From the NCBI GenBank assembly GCA_050613775.1, contig JBODTK010000148.1, forward strand, positions 248,001-312,000: 64,000 nucleotides of DNA, read 5' to 3'. This document shows positions 1 to 14,970 of this stretch, piece by piece. The translations under genes and the position numbers were made by a program. Numbering within the stretch: the stretch's first letter is position 1; the number at the start of each line of letters is the position of its first letter. Below the pieces are notes generated by a model. That model was given only the letters and a program-made list of their open reading frames with translations. It had not been told where the DNA came from and made no database searches. This stretch comes from Neocallimastix sp. 'constans'. Taxonomy: Eukaryota.

Positions 1-56
1 ATTTTTCAAAGTTCTCTATGATTTATTACATATAATATTAATATTAAATAAATAAT

Positions 57-96
<40 letters not shown>

Positions 97-503
97 TTTT
101 ACTCATGGATCCTCCATGAGTAAAAATAATCAACATAATATTGATGGATCTTCCATTTTTTTTTTATTAATTTTTTTTTTAAATATAATATATAAAAAAA
201 TAGATAAATAGATAAATAAATAAATACTATAAATACAATAAATAAATAATTATAAATTTAATGATGTTAACATTCATACTACCAACACTATTTAAATAAA
301 TTACAAAAAAAAAAAAGTAATATATAAATATTACTATGCTATATAACATACAATACTATATCTTCTTAAAATAACACTATAAAAATAAATAATAAATAGT
401 AATATAAAGTGTAACACTAAATATAAAGATAGGATTTGTGTAAAGCCATAAAATTATCCAAACTTCAATGCTTATTTAATTTGAATATTTATTGAAATAA
501 TAA

Positions 504-540
<37 letters not shown>

Positions 541-917
541 ATTTTACCCACAAAACGTAATAATATTTCATAGGCATAATAAATATAGGATAGAATGAAT
601 AATAATATGTATTAAATGTATAAAAATTTTCAATTAATAAAATTTTATAATAAGGAAATAAAATGATATGATAATTAATAATTTATAAAAAATAATAATG
701 TACACAGAATAAATTAAATTGTTATTACAGTATACCTAGATTTAAGAGGGAATGCGTTAGAATATGTGAATATGAGCTACAATGTATAACTACATAAATA
801 TGTAAATTAAAATAATTAAATACTAGCTACTCTTAATTTAAAATAAATTAATATTTTTTTTTATCATAAAAAAAATTAATAAAGTTGATATAATTATGAA
901 CTCTAAATTCTTGACTC

Positions 918-965
<48 letters not shown>

Positions 966-1115
966 CATTATTTTATTTATTATTGTTATTTTTTTATTAT
1001 TATTATATATATTTATTATTAGTATTATTATTATTATTCCCATAAAATACTAATCATTATATTTTATCACTATTACTGAAATAACATTATTAAATAAAAT
1101 AAATTATATAAGATA

Positions 1116-1162
<47 letters not shown>

Positions 1163-1752
1163 ATTCTGAATTTTATTTTAATTAATTATTTAAAAAAAAA
1201 AATTTTTTTTATTTTTTTGTTTCTCTTTTTTTCTTTCCTCTCACTCAACTTTTTTTTTTTTAATTCCAACATAAATAAAAAAATTTTATTATTTATTTTA
1301 ATCGTTCATTCAATATATATTTAATTTTTTTTTTATTTTATTTATTTTATTTTTTTTTTTTTTTTTATTTTTTATTCTTATTATTATTATTATTATATTT
1401 ACTTTTAATTTATATATATATATATTATATATATTTAAATAAAGAAAAAAAAAATTAAAAAAAAAAAATAAAAAAAAAAAAAAATGAATAAAAGAAAAAA
1501 TTTTATTCCTTCTTTTTTTTTTTTTTTTTTTTTTTTTTTGATTTTTTTGATATTGCTATATTTTTTATCTATAATTTTCAATATAAGATTATTACTATTT
1601 TTTTTTAAAAAAAAAAATTATATATAAAATAATTATTTGAAAAAGGCTTTTTTTTTTTAGTTATTATTATTATTTTTAAATAATAGGTTTGATAAATTAT
1701 TATTATTTTATTTTATTCTTTACTGTGATTATTTAATGATGATGAATCGAAT

Positions 1753-2349
1753 CTATGCCCAAATCTATTTTATTTTTTTTTTTTTTTTTGATTTCAAAAT
1801 TTAAAATTTAAATAATATTAAAAGATAAATAAGAATAGGATAAGTAAATATTTATTTAATTTATTTAATTTTTAATTATTATTCTCTTCTAATTTTTTTT
1901 TTTTTTAATTTTTTTTATTATCTATTTCTCTTACCTTAAGCATACTATCCCAACTACCAGTACAAAGGGCCATACCATCAGATGAAACACCAAGGCAACT
2001 TACTCTGTTTTCATGACCAGCTAGTACACCAACACGTTCACCCTTTAAGGTATCCCAAACATTACAGTTGAAATCATCATAACCAGCAAATAATAATCTA
2101 CCAGAAATTGAGAAAGCAACTGAAGTAATACCACAAAGAATATTATCATGAGTATATTGATTCATTTCACGATCAGCTCTTAAATCGAATAATCTACAGG
2201 AAGCATCATCAGAACCTGTACCAACAGCATCACCATTAGGGAAGAATCTTTTATTATTATAGATGAATTTTTTAATATAAAAAATAAATAAACAAGCACA
2301 TATTAAATATTAATCTTTAATTCTCAATATATAATATAAAAGCATCAAT

Positions 2350-2384
<35 letters not shown>

Positions 2385-3293
2385 ATCATTAATTATAATA
2401 AATTAATTTAACAAACAAAATAAAAAAAAATTAAAACATATAAAATAATAATAAATAATAAATAATAAGTGATAATAAATGATTAAATAAAAATTGTTAT
2501 GGATTTATTTTATTTTAAAAAAAAAAAACTTACTGAACAGCATTAATATCTGATTCATGACCGGTAAAGGTTTGTACACAACGACCAGTTCTAATATCCC
2601 ATACCTTTGCGGTAGCATCACAAGCACCAGAAACAAAGATATTTTTATCTGGTGATAAAGAAAGACTCATTACATCACCAGTATGATCTGTAAATTCTAA
2701 TGTTTTCATACCAGCATCAATATCCCAAAGCATGCAAGACATATCACCAGAACTTGTCAATATTTGACGATCACCAAGGAATCGACAGCAAGAAAGATAA
2801 CCTGTGTGAGCACTAAGTTCTCTTGCAACCTTCACAGAACCTTCTTTGGTCTTTAAATTATAGATAGAACAAATATTATCTAAACCACCACATGCTACAA
2901 AATTACCAGAGGGTGCATATGCACAGGTCATTACCCATGATGAACGTAATGGAATAGCATGAACTTTATTTGTAGTATAACCATCCCAAACAATTAATTT
3001 ACCATCTTGTGAAGCACTAACTAAATGTCTCTTATCAGAAGCCCAATGCATAGCATAAATCTTTGCAAGGTGACCCTTTAATGTTCTTCTGACTTTCATA
3101 GCAAGACGTGGTAATTGTTCTACATCTTGTGCAACAGCTCTTACTGTATATATATATATACATATTAATATTGTTTATTTTTTTATTAATAAAAAAATAT
3201 AATATGTAAATCCATTTTTTTTTAAAAATAGTTTGAGTTCATTGGTATTATTTTATTTAAATTTTATTTGTTTATTTTTATATATATTCCCCA

Positions 3294-3325
<32 letters not shown>

Positions 3326-3840
3326 TGGTTTTAACATATTTATTCATTTATTTATTGAATTTATTCATTTTTTTTATTTAAATTAATTTTCCGAATCCGT
3401 TTATTTTAGTAAATGTGAATATTATATATATTATTTTTATAAAACCCAAATATTGTTATTTTTCATTTCATATATTTAAATAAATAAATAATATATTGTA
3501 AATTATATACAATAAAAAATAAATATGAAATATAAAATATTAATAATTTCGATATATTATAATTATTATTATATTTTTATTTTCTTTTTTAATATTATTA
3601 TTTTATAAAGTTGTTCTAACTATATAATATTTACAATGAAAATATAAATTTTATAGTTAATACAACTCTATATAAACTTTTTTTTTTTTAATTAAAAAAG
3701 ATTTTATTATTATTAATTTATATTAAATAATTTTTCTTACAAGTAGTATCATTTAAGGAATCTTTTTTAGCCTTTATTTTTTCCTTTAACATTTCAGCTT
3801 CCTTACGAGCGGCAGCTGTTCTTTCTGCAATATCACCCAT
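1753..3840 (-). CDS. GPB1: Heterotrimeric G-protein beta subunit (WD40). Four exons: 3840-3741, 3143-2534, 2247-1935, 1764-1753
   Basis: Spliced frame reads [16 protein letters not shown]...[16 protein letters not shown]...[13 protein letters not shown]...[11 protein letters not shown]...[11 protein letters not shown]. All introns are GT-AG and keep the frame. Confidence 0.97.
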
Positions 3841-4008
3841 GTTTACTTATTTTCTATTAAGTTTTTTTTTTTTTATTAAATATATTTTTATAAATATATT
3901 ATTATTATTAATATTTTAAAACATAATTATGGAGAAAAAAAAAAAAAAAAAAAGACTATAAATAAAATAATAATAATATTATTATTATGATTATTATTTA
4001 TATAATTG

Positions 4009-4057
<49 letters not shown>

Positions 4058-4385
4058 TATAATAATAAATAAATATTTTTTATATAAATTTTTATATTTT
4101 AAATATTCCAAATATAATTTTCATTTCTTTTGTATATATAATTTTATAATTTTTTTTCTTAATAAAATAATCAATAACTGAATTTTTTTTTATTTTTAGT
4201 CATATATTATTTCACCATATTATTTTCCTTTTTTTTTATTATTATTATTATTTTTAAATTATTGTATTTTAAAGAACAATTATTTTCCAACAACTATTTC
4301 TTTTGTTTCCTTTCTATAAATATATTATTAATATTTATAAATAAACTTTTCCTATCCAAAAATATTACTTTATTCTTTCTATTTA

Positions 4386-4416
<31 letters not shown>

Positions 4417-5623
4417 GAGATATATGTATTTATTATAAGAATATAAATAAATAATAAAACAAGAATATATTAAATTACTTTATATGAAGAGATAAGAAAA
4501 AAAAGGGGGGTTGTGTGATATTTGTGATATTTATTATTATTTTTTAATATATTTTATTTAAAAATACAAATATTTGTTGGTATATTATATAGATGATATA
4601 TTTTATTTATATTATTTACAAAATACTATCTATATTTTTTGTGTATAATATATATATATAAATGAAATAAAATATATTAATTAAAATTGAATATTTTTTT
4701 TATGGTTCGTTTTTTGTTTTCTAATAATAAATGTAAAATAAATACTTTAAACAAAAGTCTTTATTTTAAATAGTTGCTTTTAATAATAGTATATATGTAT
4801 ATTAAATATTAAATATTGTATTATTTTCAAAATTTAAACATTCATTTATCTATAATTCTATATTTTATTTTATTTTAATTCTATTTTTTTTTTTTTTTTT
4901 TTTTTTTTACTTTATTTATTTTAATAAAATAAAAAAATAAAAAAAAAAAAATACAAAATTATAATTAAAATTTTTTACAATAATTAATATTTCAAAAACA
5001 AAACATATGAATAATAAATAATATTATTAATAAGAAATAAAAAAATAATTAGTAATTAATAATTAATTATTAATAATAAAAAATTATATAATTATTTTGA
5101 AAATATTTAAATATAAATATGTATTTGTATATATAAATATAAAATATGTGATACATAAATATAAGTTATAAATAATTGTTTTGTTTTGTTTTTTTTAAAA
5201 TTAAACTTTTTTACTTAATATGATAGTATTATTAATACATTATTCTATAAATATTAGATATATTCATATTTATAATCCAATATATTTGTATATATATTAT
5301 TCAAAGTTTGTTTATTTTTTTATTTTATTTTATCTTATTTTATTTTTTTTTATTTTACTTTTATTAAATAATTAAATTTATTAATAGAATTTAAGAAGAT
5401 AGGATGGTTTGGAAGTATTTAAATCTTAAATAATAACAATACTTTTAGTTAAAAGTATTCATATTATTCATGTTATTATTACCTTGTTATATATTATGCA
5501 TACTTTTTCATTCAATTATATATTTAAGTTATTAATAATGTATTACATTTTAGGATAATTCTAAAAATAGTTTAATGTAAACTAACCAAATTAAAAATTT
5601 ATGATCCTTTTTTTATCATATAA

Positions 5624-5664
<41 letters not shown>

Positions 5665-5725
5665 ATTTCTTATTAATTAAAAATGTATTACATATTAAAA
5701 ATTTTTTTTAGTTTTTGTATTAAAT

Positions 5726-5762
<37 letters not shown>

Positions 5763-6304
5763 AGAAGTACACAAAGCAAATGATACTTTTTATTTTATAA
5801 AAAATAGAATATAATATTATATAATAAAAATAAAAATTATTAAAAAATCACTTTTATCATTATATATATATATTTTTTTTCAAACTATTTCTATTAATAT
5901 ATTATTGAAAAAAAAATATTTTATTATTCAATAATCTCATATTTAATAGGTTATTTTCATTTATCTTTTATTTTTTTTTTTTTTTTATTTAAAAGTAATT
6001 TAATTCTTATATTTATATTTTAAATTATTTTACTTTTATCATTTCTTATAAAAATTTAACTTTTTTAGTAGTGATTTTAAAAATTTTAAAAATTATATTT
6101 CATTTCCAGATGTTAATCAGTATATTTATGAAAATTCTCTAATGAGCTTACTTTTAATAAATTTAAAGTATTTATTTTAGTTTTTAAATATAAAATAGGT
6201 TTTATTTTTTATTTTTTTTCTTATGAATTCAATTTTCTATTAATAAATTTAATCATCTAAAAATAAAATAAAATTTAGTAATAAGACATATAAATATTAA
6301 TATA

Positions 6305-6358
<54 letters not shown>

Positions 6359-6473
6359 AAAATTATAAATAAATATGTTGGAATGCCATAATACATATTT
6401 GTTTAACGAATTACATTTGTATTGAACTTAAATATTAAAATAATAATTCATAAATCATATAAAGGTATTATAC

Positions 6474-6505
<32 letters not shown>

Positions 6506-6862
6506 CATTCTCTATATAAACAATAAATATAAAGTTTTTGCTTTTGTTTCTTGTTGCTTTGTTTTGTGCATTTTGTGTAGTTTTTACTATTGCATATAAA
6601 AAAATTTTAATATCTATTAATATTTTATAATTTTTAAAAATAACATAAAAATATATATATTTGTATATACAATTACAGACATAAAATGTTAAATATTTTC
6701 ATTTCACTATTATATTACCATGATACTTTAATCAAGTTGTATTTTTACTTATTTATTATTTTACTTTTTTTATATATTTTTTTATTTAATAATTTATCTT
6801 TCTTTTATTTATTTTATTTTATTTGTCTATTTATTAATTTATCTATTTAATTATTTATCAAT

Positions 6863-6909
<47 letters not shown>

Positions 6910-8046
6910 TAATTAATGTATTATACATATTTCAATATATATTAAAAATAGTTTAATTTGATTTTAATTATTTTTTTTTCTAATAATACTAAACAATATT
7001 ATTATTAATATTATATAATTTAAAAAATAATTTTTTATTTAGTATTTTATTTTTGTGTTCTTTTTATTTTATACAAAGTTTGAATAAAATAAAGTTAAAT
7101 GAGAGGAGCGGTTTATGCTAAATGCATTTGATTATTTAATTTTATAATATGTTATTTTTATTAAATATAATTATTATTATTATTATTATATTTCTTTTTT
7201 TTTAAAAAAAAAAATGTAATAATGATTATTTAAAAAAAAAAAAAAAAAAAAAACATTTATTTATTATTAATATTTTAATTTATATTTTTATTCATTACTT
7301 GCTTATTCAGTATACTAATTATTAAATGATTCATTTTATATTATTATTTATTAATTATTGTATAAATTTATTATCCTTTATTTATAATTTATGTATGATT
7401 ATTAAATTTTTTATTTTGATGAAAATTTACTTTATACAATAATATACATATATATAGTAATATATATTATTAAATTCAAAAATTATATTATTAAACCACC
7501 TAATTCTATATATTTACAAAATATAATATATAACAACAATATATAATATTTAATTCAAAAATTATATAATTTAGATTAAATCACCCTAAATCTTCTATAT
7601 ATATACAAAATATAAGCATAATAATAAATGTTTCTATTTTTTTAGTAAATTTATTAATTTTTATTATTGTTATTAAGCAATAGTAATCGATTAAATATAA
7701 CTATTTCTCATATAACTAATAAGTTTAATTTTTAAAAGAAAAATTTAATGCTAATACTACTAATAGTTCTGTTATATAATTTTTATAAGTTAAACTAGTC
7801 CACTTTTTTATTCTATCAATCTTTAACCAACCATTTTTTTTTTCAATTGACACAAAAAAAAAAATTTTTTTAAAGTGTGGATGAAACATATTTCTTTTTT
7901 TTTATGAAACTAAGGTAAATCACATGATATGTTTTTTCTATTTAATAAAGTTATTAAAAATTTTAATATTTATTTTAATATATCTTATTTTAATTTATTT
8001 TAATATATTTTATTTTAATTTATTTTATTTTACTTTTATTCTATTT

Positions 8047-8397
8047 GGAGCGTCAACGCTGAAAATGCAGTAAGACAGGCTAGAAGGGCCAATGCCTTTG
8101 AAGGAGAAGACCATAATTTCTTTCAGATAGTCAATTCAAATCCTAATCCATAAGGAGGTGAGGTTCGTTGCCTATGAACTTTTTTCTGAATATATTTATA
8201 CTCTTTATTTTTGATTATTACTTTTTATTTCACGTTACTATTTCGATTATTATTATGTTCAAATGGAACAAATAATATTTATTTATTTTATTAATTCTGT
8301 GTTTTTTTTATTTTTTATAAAATTGAAAGTATTCATGTATTTTATAAAAGAATAAATAAATAAAGAATAAAGTTCGCAATAATTGCAGCTATAAAAA
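8047..8397 (+). mobile_element. 5'-truncated copy of a non-LTR retrotransposon 3' UTR
   Basis: Colinear and highly similar to 45267-45627, from GGAGCGTCAACGCTGAAAATGCAGTAAGACAGGC to GTTCGCAATAATTGC(A/G)GCTATAAAAA. Confidence 0.85.
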
Positions 8398-8504
8398 TAT
8401 ATATATATTTTATTTTATATTTTATTTTACTTTTATTTAATTATATTTTATATATATGAAAATGAGAGGTTTTTAATAAATATGTCCATAAAATATTTTT
8501 ATAT

Positions 8505-8935
8505 CATTTATTATTTATTATTTATTATTTATTATTTATTATTTATTATTTATTATTTATTATTTATTATTTATTATTTATTATTTATTATTTATTATTT
8601 ATTATTTATTATTTATTATTTATTATTTATTATTTATTATTTATTATTTATTATTTATTATTTATTATTTATTATTTATTATTTATTATTTATTATTTAT
8701 TATTTATTATTTATTATTTATTATTTATTATTTATTATTTATTATTTATTATTTATTATTTATTATTTATTATTTATTATTTATTATTTATTATTTATTA
8801 TTTATTATTTATTATTTATTATTTATTATTTATTATTTATTATTTATTATTTATTATTTATTATTTATTATTTATTATTTATTATTTATTATTTATTATT
8901 TATTATTTATTATTTATTATTTATTATTTATTTGT
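8505..8935. repeat. (TTATTTA)n heptamer satellite
   Basis: Direct reading. It produces the spurious IIYYLLF ORF. The same unit occurs near 29480-29700 and 37575-37665. Confidence 0.95.
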
Positions 8936-9261
8936 TATTTAAAGTATTACTATTCACAATTTAATACATGATATAAAGACATTTAAAAAAAATTTAATTA
9001 TATTAAATAATTTCAAAAGTTTTAATCACAAAAAACTAAAGTTTAAACTTAATCAATTCAAAAGATTTCTTCATAAAAAGTTTAACTTTTTAATTAAGAG
9101 AAATAAAACAATTTTTGAATTAAAAAGCATTTATCAAAACAATAAATATGGAATTAAAAATAATAATTATGACTATAATTATTTAATTTATTCATTTTGG
9201 TCAAGCAAAAAAAAAAAATAATAATAATAATAATAAAATAATTGAAGAACCAAATATAGAA

Positions 9262-9800
9262 AATATTCCATTACCATATAGGAATTTATCTATGATTTTT
9301 AGTTAAAAAAGAAGCATATAAACACCCACCACATCGTTTAACTGATTGTGAAATAGTTCTAGAGAAGGACACTTCTCTTCACTATGGTCCTATTTATCTA
9401 TCATCTGAAAAAAAAAAAAAAAAAAAAATAAATAAATAAAATTTTAAAAGAATATATAAGAAAATTTAAAGAAGGGATTTATCAGACCTTCCAAATCTCC
9501 AGCCGAATATCATATTTTATTTCGAAAATGAAAGACAGTTCTCTCAGATTATGTGTAGATTACAAAAAATTATATGTTGTTTCAACTAGAAACTTATATC
9601 CAATTCCATTAATTAGTAACATTATTGAAAAAGTTAAAAGGAGAAAATTATTTTGCAAAATTAGATTTAAGATCAGATTATAATCTTATTAGAATGAAAA
9701 AAAAAAAAAAAAAAAAAAGATGAATATAAAACTGTTTTTCAAACCAAATATGGTAATTATGAATATTTAGTCATGCCATTTGATTTAAGAAACGTACCAG
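9262..9800 (+). mobile_element. Degenerate Ty3/gypsy reverse transcriptase fragment
   Basis: Frameshifted translation gives PPHRLTDCEIVLE, HYGPIY, KGFIRPSKSP, LRLCVDYKKL, YPIPLI, FAKLDLRSDYNLIRM and KYGNYEYLVMPFDLRN, all Ty3 RT motifs. Confidence 0.92.
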
Positions 9801-9839
9801 TCAAGAAGACCATCCCTAATTATAATTAGGGATGGTCTT

Positions 9840-11812
9840 GTCGTTTAGTATATCAAAGAGATGGTCTGGATGGATAACAAAAGCTTCACCATCGACTTGA
9901 CCAAAACCAAAGGATTTAATTAAAACAACTTTGATTTCTGGGATCTTTATCGACCTATTGTTAAATATAAGATAAACATTTACTTCAAAATCTAGATCAA
10001 TATTATCAGTATTTCAGTTAACTAAAATAATACCTGATTGAAAAATTTGAATAGCACTATTAAGCATCCAAGCAGCAGCAACACCCTTACCATGGCCATC
10101 TAAAGATTTTTGACAAATCACTGAACATGAATTTCCTTTAGTTCTACCCAAATATTTAAATTGTTTATTAAATATATTAATTTCATTCTTATTTATTAGC
10201 CGTAGTACTAATACCTTGAAAAGAAACTGCATCAATATCATCAATTGTAAGACCATAAGAAGCCAATGCTCCAAGGTAAATGGTAAAAAAATGAAATATT
10301 ATTCTTATAGATTTCTTGTTCCCAAATTTGAAAGGCCTCTGTTCCCTACTTACGAACTTCATCATTAATGAAACGAGTTCTTTCTTCAATAAATATTTGA
10401 ATAATTTCTTCAGAGACACTACTATCTTTTTTTTTTTTCATCTCCTTAACTTCTTCATTCATTAATTCTGATTCATTTTTTAAATTCAAGATTTAATCCA
10501 CTTCTTGCAGTTTTGTAATTGACGAGCTTTGCTACGGTTAAAGTACCTTGACTTGACCGGGAGCAGGAACGGAACGTCCTTCTTTATCTTTAGCAATAGA
10601 ACTATGAGCAATAAGGAACGTAGATTGGAACCCCCATCTTTAAGGAAAGACTAGCTGTTATTAATAATAGGGTACCAATGCCCTTTGATTTAATAAAAAA
10701 TCATTACAAAAAGAAGTACAAGATCTAAACATTTCATTGGGTTCACGACCTTGACCAAACTGCAGCACATATTAGACCAGAAGAAGATTATAATAAAAAA
10801 AGATTAATCCAGGCCCCAATAGTATTAATAAATGATTCTTGAAGAATATCATTTTGAAGATCGTTATCAAGATAACGGGCCATGGTAAACTTTTCGAGTA
10901 GATAAACATGGATCGTGACTAGACGAAATTAACTTTCCTACTTCTGAAAGGGAAATGTTTTCATAGAATTCATAAGGATCGGTAATACCAGAGCTAATTA
11001 AAGTTTCTACAAATGAAACTAAAAGTGGACCATGTTAATGAATATTTAAAGATTAAGCATTAAATGGTCTTCTAAATTTTTATTTTGGTATAATTTGAAA
11101 ATCTGTACGAATTTCTTTCAAAAGAGCGTTAGTGAATTCTCGTAATAAGGATCCATTTACTATTAACATTTTCATGAGTTTTTTTTTGTCATATGTTGGT
11201 TAACATATTCAATTTGTTTAATTAACTTATCATTAGCAAAATTCACAAATGTGATTGAAAAGCTTCAGAACAAAGAAGAACTTACTCTTCAATTTCAGTA
11301 ACAAGTAAGTATTCCATAAATTATCGTCCAAAAGTCTTGGTAACCCCAATTCCAACAGGAATTATTGAAGCTGGCCTTTTTATGAGAGAATTTTTGATTG
11401 AATTTCTCTACTAAAATCTTCACCTTATTCTTCAAGCTATCCGGACAACAAGATCAGGAATAACAATTAATGCTGGATTTTGAATGGGATCAATTACCTT
11501 CTTATGAGTTGAAGAAGATTCCTTATGAGATTCAACAATAATATCGTCTTCTTCATCTTCCTCTTCTTTTTTTTCATAATCATAATAGATATCACTCGCA
11601 TTATTCGTATAGGATAAGAGTTGATGTTCTTTATCACGAGCAATATCAGAAATCTTAATATATTTATATTTTCTTTTTAAAGTACGTTTATCCATGCCAA
11701 CCATGGTTGCATTTGATCCAAATTCAATAACACAATCAACATGTGAACTACCCTTCTTTTTAGAATTAAAGAAATATTCTTGAGTTTTAATCCATTGAAC
11801 AGAGGAAGCTAA
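9840..11812 (-). pseudogene. FAS2: Fungal fatty acid synthase alpha-subunit pseudogene with large internal deletions
   Basis: Ordered, frameshifted pieces: [104 protein letters not shown]. Confidence 0.9.
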
Positions 11813-12499
11813 ATAAAGGATAAACTAAAATGATAATAATATATGGTATATCTGATATATATTGATATATGATATATGTTGATAATCCTTGTAATTTAAT
11901 TTATATTTGATAAATTCAAAAAATATATATATAGCCTATTATTGTTAACTACAAACTTATACACACATATCAAATTTCTTTATATAAATATTTATTGATT
12001 GATAACGCTTTTGTTAATTCTTTTTTTAAAAAGAAACAACTTTATGTAAAAAAAAGAAAGTCAAAAAAAATTTTTTTTTTTCTAATTTAAACTTTTATTA
12101 TAATAAACAAAAGTATTTTAATAATTATTGAAAATAATACAATATTTATTATATAATGATCATATTTTTCATAATTATTATTTATAATTAATTTTTCTTT
12201 TAATATAAAGTATTTAATTAAATGATGAATAAGTTTATTTAATTAAAAATAAAGAAAAAAATCAAGGTTTTTATAAAAAAAAAAAAAAAATTATTATAAA
12301 CTAGATTTTTAATTATATTAAAAAATATAGTTGTACAATAGATTATTAAATTTGGTGATAACAAAAAAATCTCATTTCTTTTTTGCCAGTATTTTTTCAT
12401 TATTAAATTAAATTTTTGTATTAAAAAAAAATAAAGAATCTCCTATATTAATATACTAACCAAAAAAAACATGGTATATTTTAAATTATAATTTTTAAT

Positions 12500-12765
<266 letters not shown>

Positions 12766-12957
12766 AGAACATATATGTATAAATATATACAATTTTTGTA
12801 TCATATATAAAAAGAAAAAAAAAAAAAAAAAAAAAAGTTAGTATTTTTTTTTTTTAATTTCTTTTTAAATAATTCCAATAGTAATTAATAAAAATTTTTT
12901 TTTAATTTTTTTTGTTTGTTTGTTTGTTTGTTTGTTTGTTTGTTTTTCTTTTTTAGC

Positions 12958-13185
12958 TTTACCCATATTAAGGGAATAAGAAAACATAAATAGGATAGGA
13001 TTCATCCATAAAATTCACTTAACTCTTATTAGACTTATATGATATGGAATAATTTTATAAAAATATATAAAAATGTATATATTAAAACAATATATATTAT
13101 AATAACCAATTTAGTAAATAAATATAAAATACCATTTATTAATTTTCATAATTGATAAAAATATTGATAATAATATAAAATATGA
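12958..13185 (-). repeat. Diverged duplicate of a GH20 exon and part of its upstream intron (source about 16093-16305)
   Basis: TTTACCCATATTAAGGGAATAAGAAAACATAAATAGGA...TCCATAAAAT aligns with TTTACCCATATTGAGGGGATAAGAAAGCATAAATAGGA...TCCATAAAAT, and similarity continues into intron sequence. Confidence 0.8.
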
Positions 13186-13696
13186 AAAAAAAATATATAT
13201 ATATATATATATTTATATATAATAAATGCTTTTTTTTTTTTTTCATTTTAAAGATATAAGTTTTTTATTTTCTTTCTTTATTTCTTTATATATACATTGT
13301 TTTTATGAATTTTTTCATTATTATTAATTAAATATTATACTTTTTATATAAAAATAAATAAAAACATTTTATAATTTTATAAATTTATAATAATTATATA
13401 TATATATATACACATATATTTTTTAATAAATAATCATTTTTTATATAAATTATTATATTTATATTTATATATATATTATATATTATAATTATTTATATAA
13501 TGTATTTTAATTATTTTTTTTTTTTTTTTTTTTAAATTAATGTTAATCAATCAATAAGCCCATATCATTAAAGGTTAGAATTACAATTGTTATTATGTCA
13601 TTTATATTGCATAAATATAGTTTTACTTTTTCAATGGTTATGGGTTATTTATAGTATTGAAGAAATAGTATATTATAATTATTATAATTATAATTA

Positions 13697-13753
<57 letters not shown>

Positions 13754-13871
13754 ATTATTATCATTATTATCATTATTATATAATTATTATTATTATTATC
13801 ATTATCATTATTATTTTATAATTATTATTATCATTATTATTATTATTATTTTATAATTATTATTATTATAA

Positions 13872-13902
<31 letters not shown>

Positions 13903-13954
13903 TATTATAATTATTATTATTTTATTATTATTATTTTATAATTATTATTTTATA

Positions 13955-13996
<42 letters not shown>

Positions 13997-14336
13997 GACT
14001 GTTTTGTTTTGTTTTGTTTCGTTTTGTTTTTTATTTTTTTCTTGTTTTCTTCTTTTTAATATTGTAATTTTTTAAAAAGAAAAAAAAAAAAAAAGAAAAA
14101 ACATTAAAGAACTTATAAATAGATATTGTATATGTTTGATTATAATATATGGTATATAATAATAAAAAGTAGAGAAAAAAAAAAGAAAAAGTTTTTCGTT
14201 TATTTAATAATTGATATAATAAATGGATAATCGAAAATGAAATTTATTAAATTTTATTATTATTATAATTATTTTATTAAATAGATTAAAAAAAAAAAAA
14301 AAAAAAAATCAGTTTTAATATAATGTATTTAAAACT

Positions 14337-14820
14337 TTAGCCAGCACCAAAGGCTCTCGATGGAGTAGCAGCGCGACTAAAGAAATAATAATTAAATAAA
14401 TAAAAAAAAAAATCATTTTTAAGTATCATCATTTTAAATATAGAATTTAATTAATAAATTTAAAAATAAATATATAGATTATATAGATTATATAATACTA
14501 TAATACATTTTTAATATATTTATATTAATATATATATAATAAATAATAAAAATATATTACCTATAATCTAATAATAAACCTGGACCAGCATTTTCATAGA
14601 TCATCATAGGAGGAGACTCAAATTCTGGAATAGATGAATATTTATGATCTAAATAACCTTTAATTCGATCATATAAAGAATTTAATCGAATAATCAAGCC
14701 TCCATATCGTAATTCAACTATTATATATATCATAAATATATATATAAAATAAATATTAATAATAAAAAAAAATAATAAATAAAATATTTTTATTGTACTA
14801 TAAATTTAATAATAATGAAA

Positions 14821-14851
<31 letters not shown>

Positions 14852-14857
14852 GTAATG

Positions 14858-14902
<45 letters not shown>

Positions 14903-14903
14903 C

Positions 14904-14970
<67 letters not shown>

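Noticed and set aside
8003..8437. Possible TSD TATTTTATTTTACTTTTATT around the LINE UTR copy
   Set aside because: Low complexity and not flush with the element ends.
8482..8964. 160-aa IIYYLLF ORF and similar ORFs (12481, 12514, 19141, 37561, 41489, 45685, 49867, 57625)
   Set aside because: They are translations of microsatellites or low-complexity AT-rich DNA.
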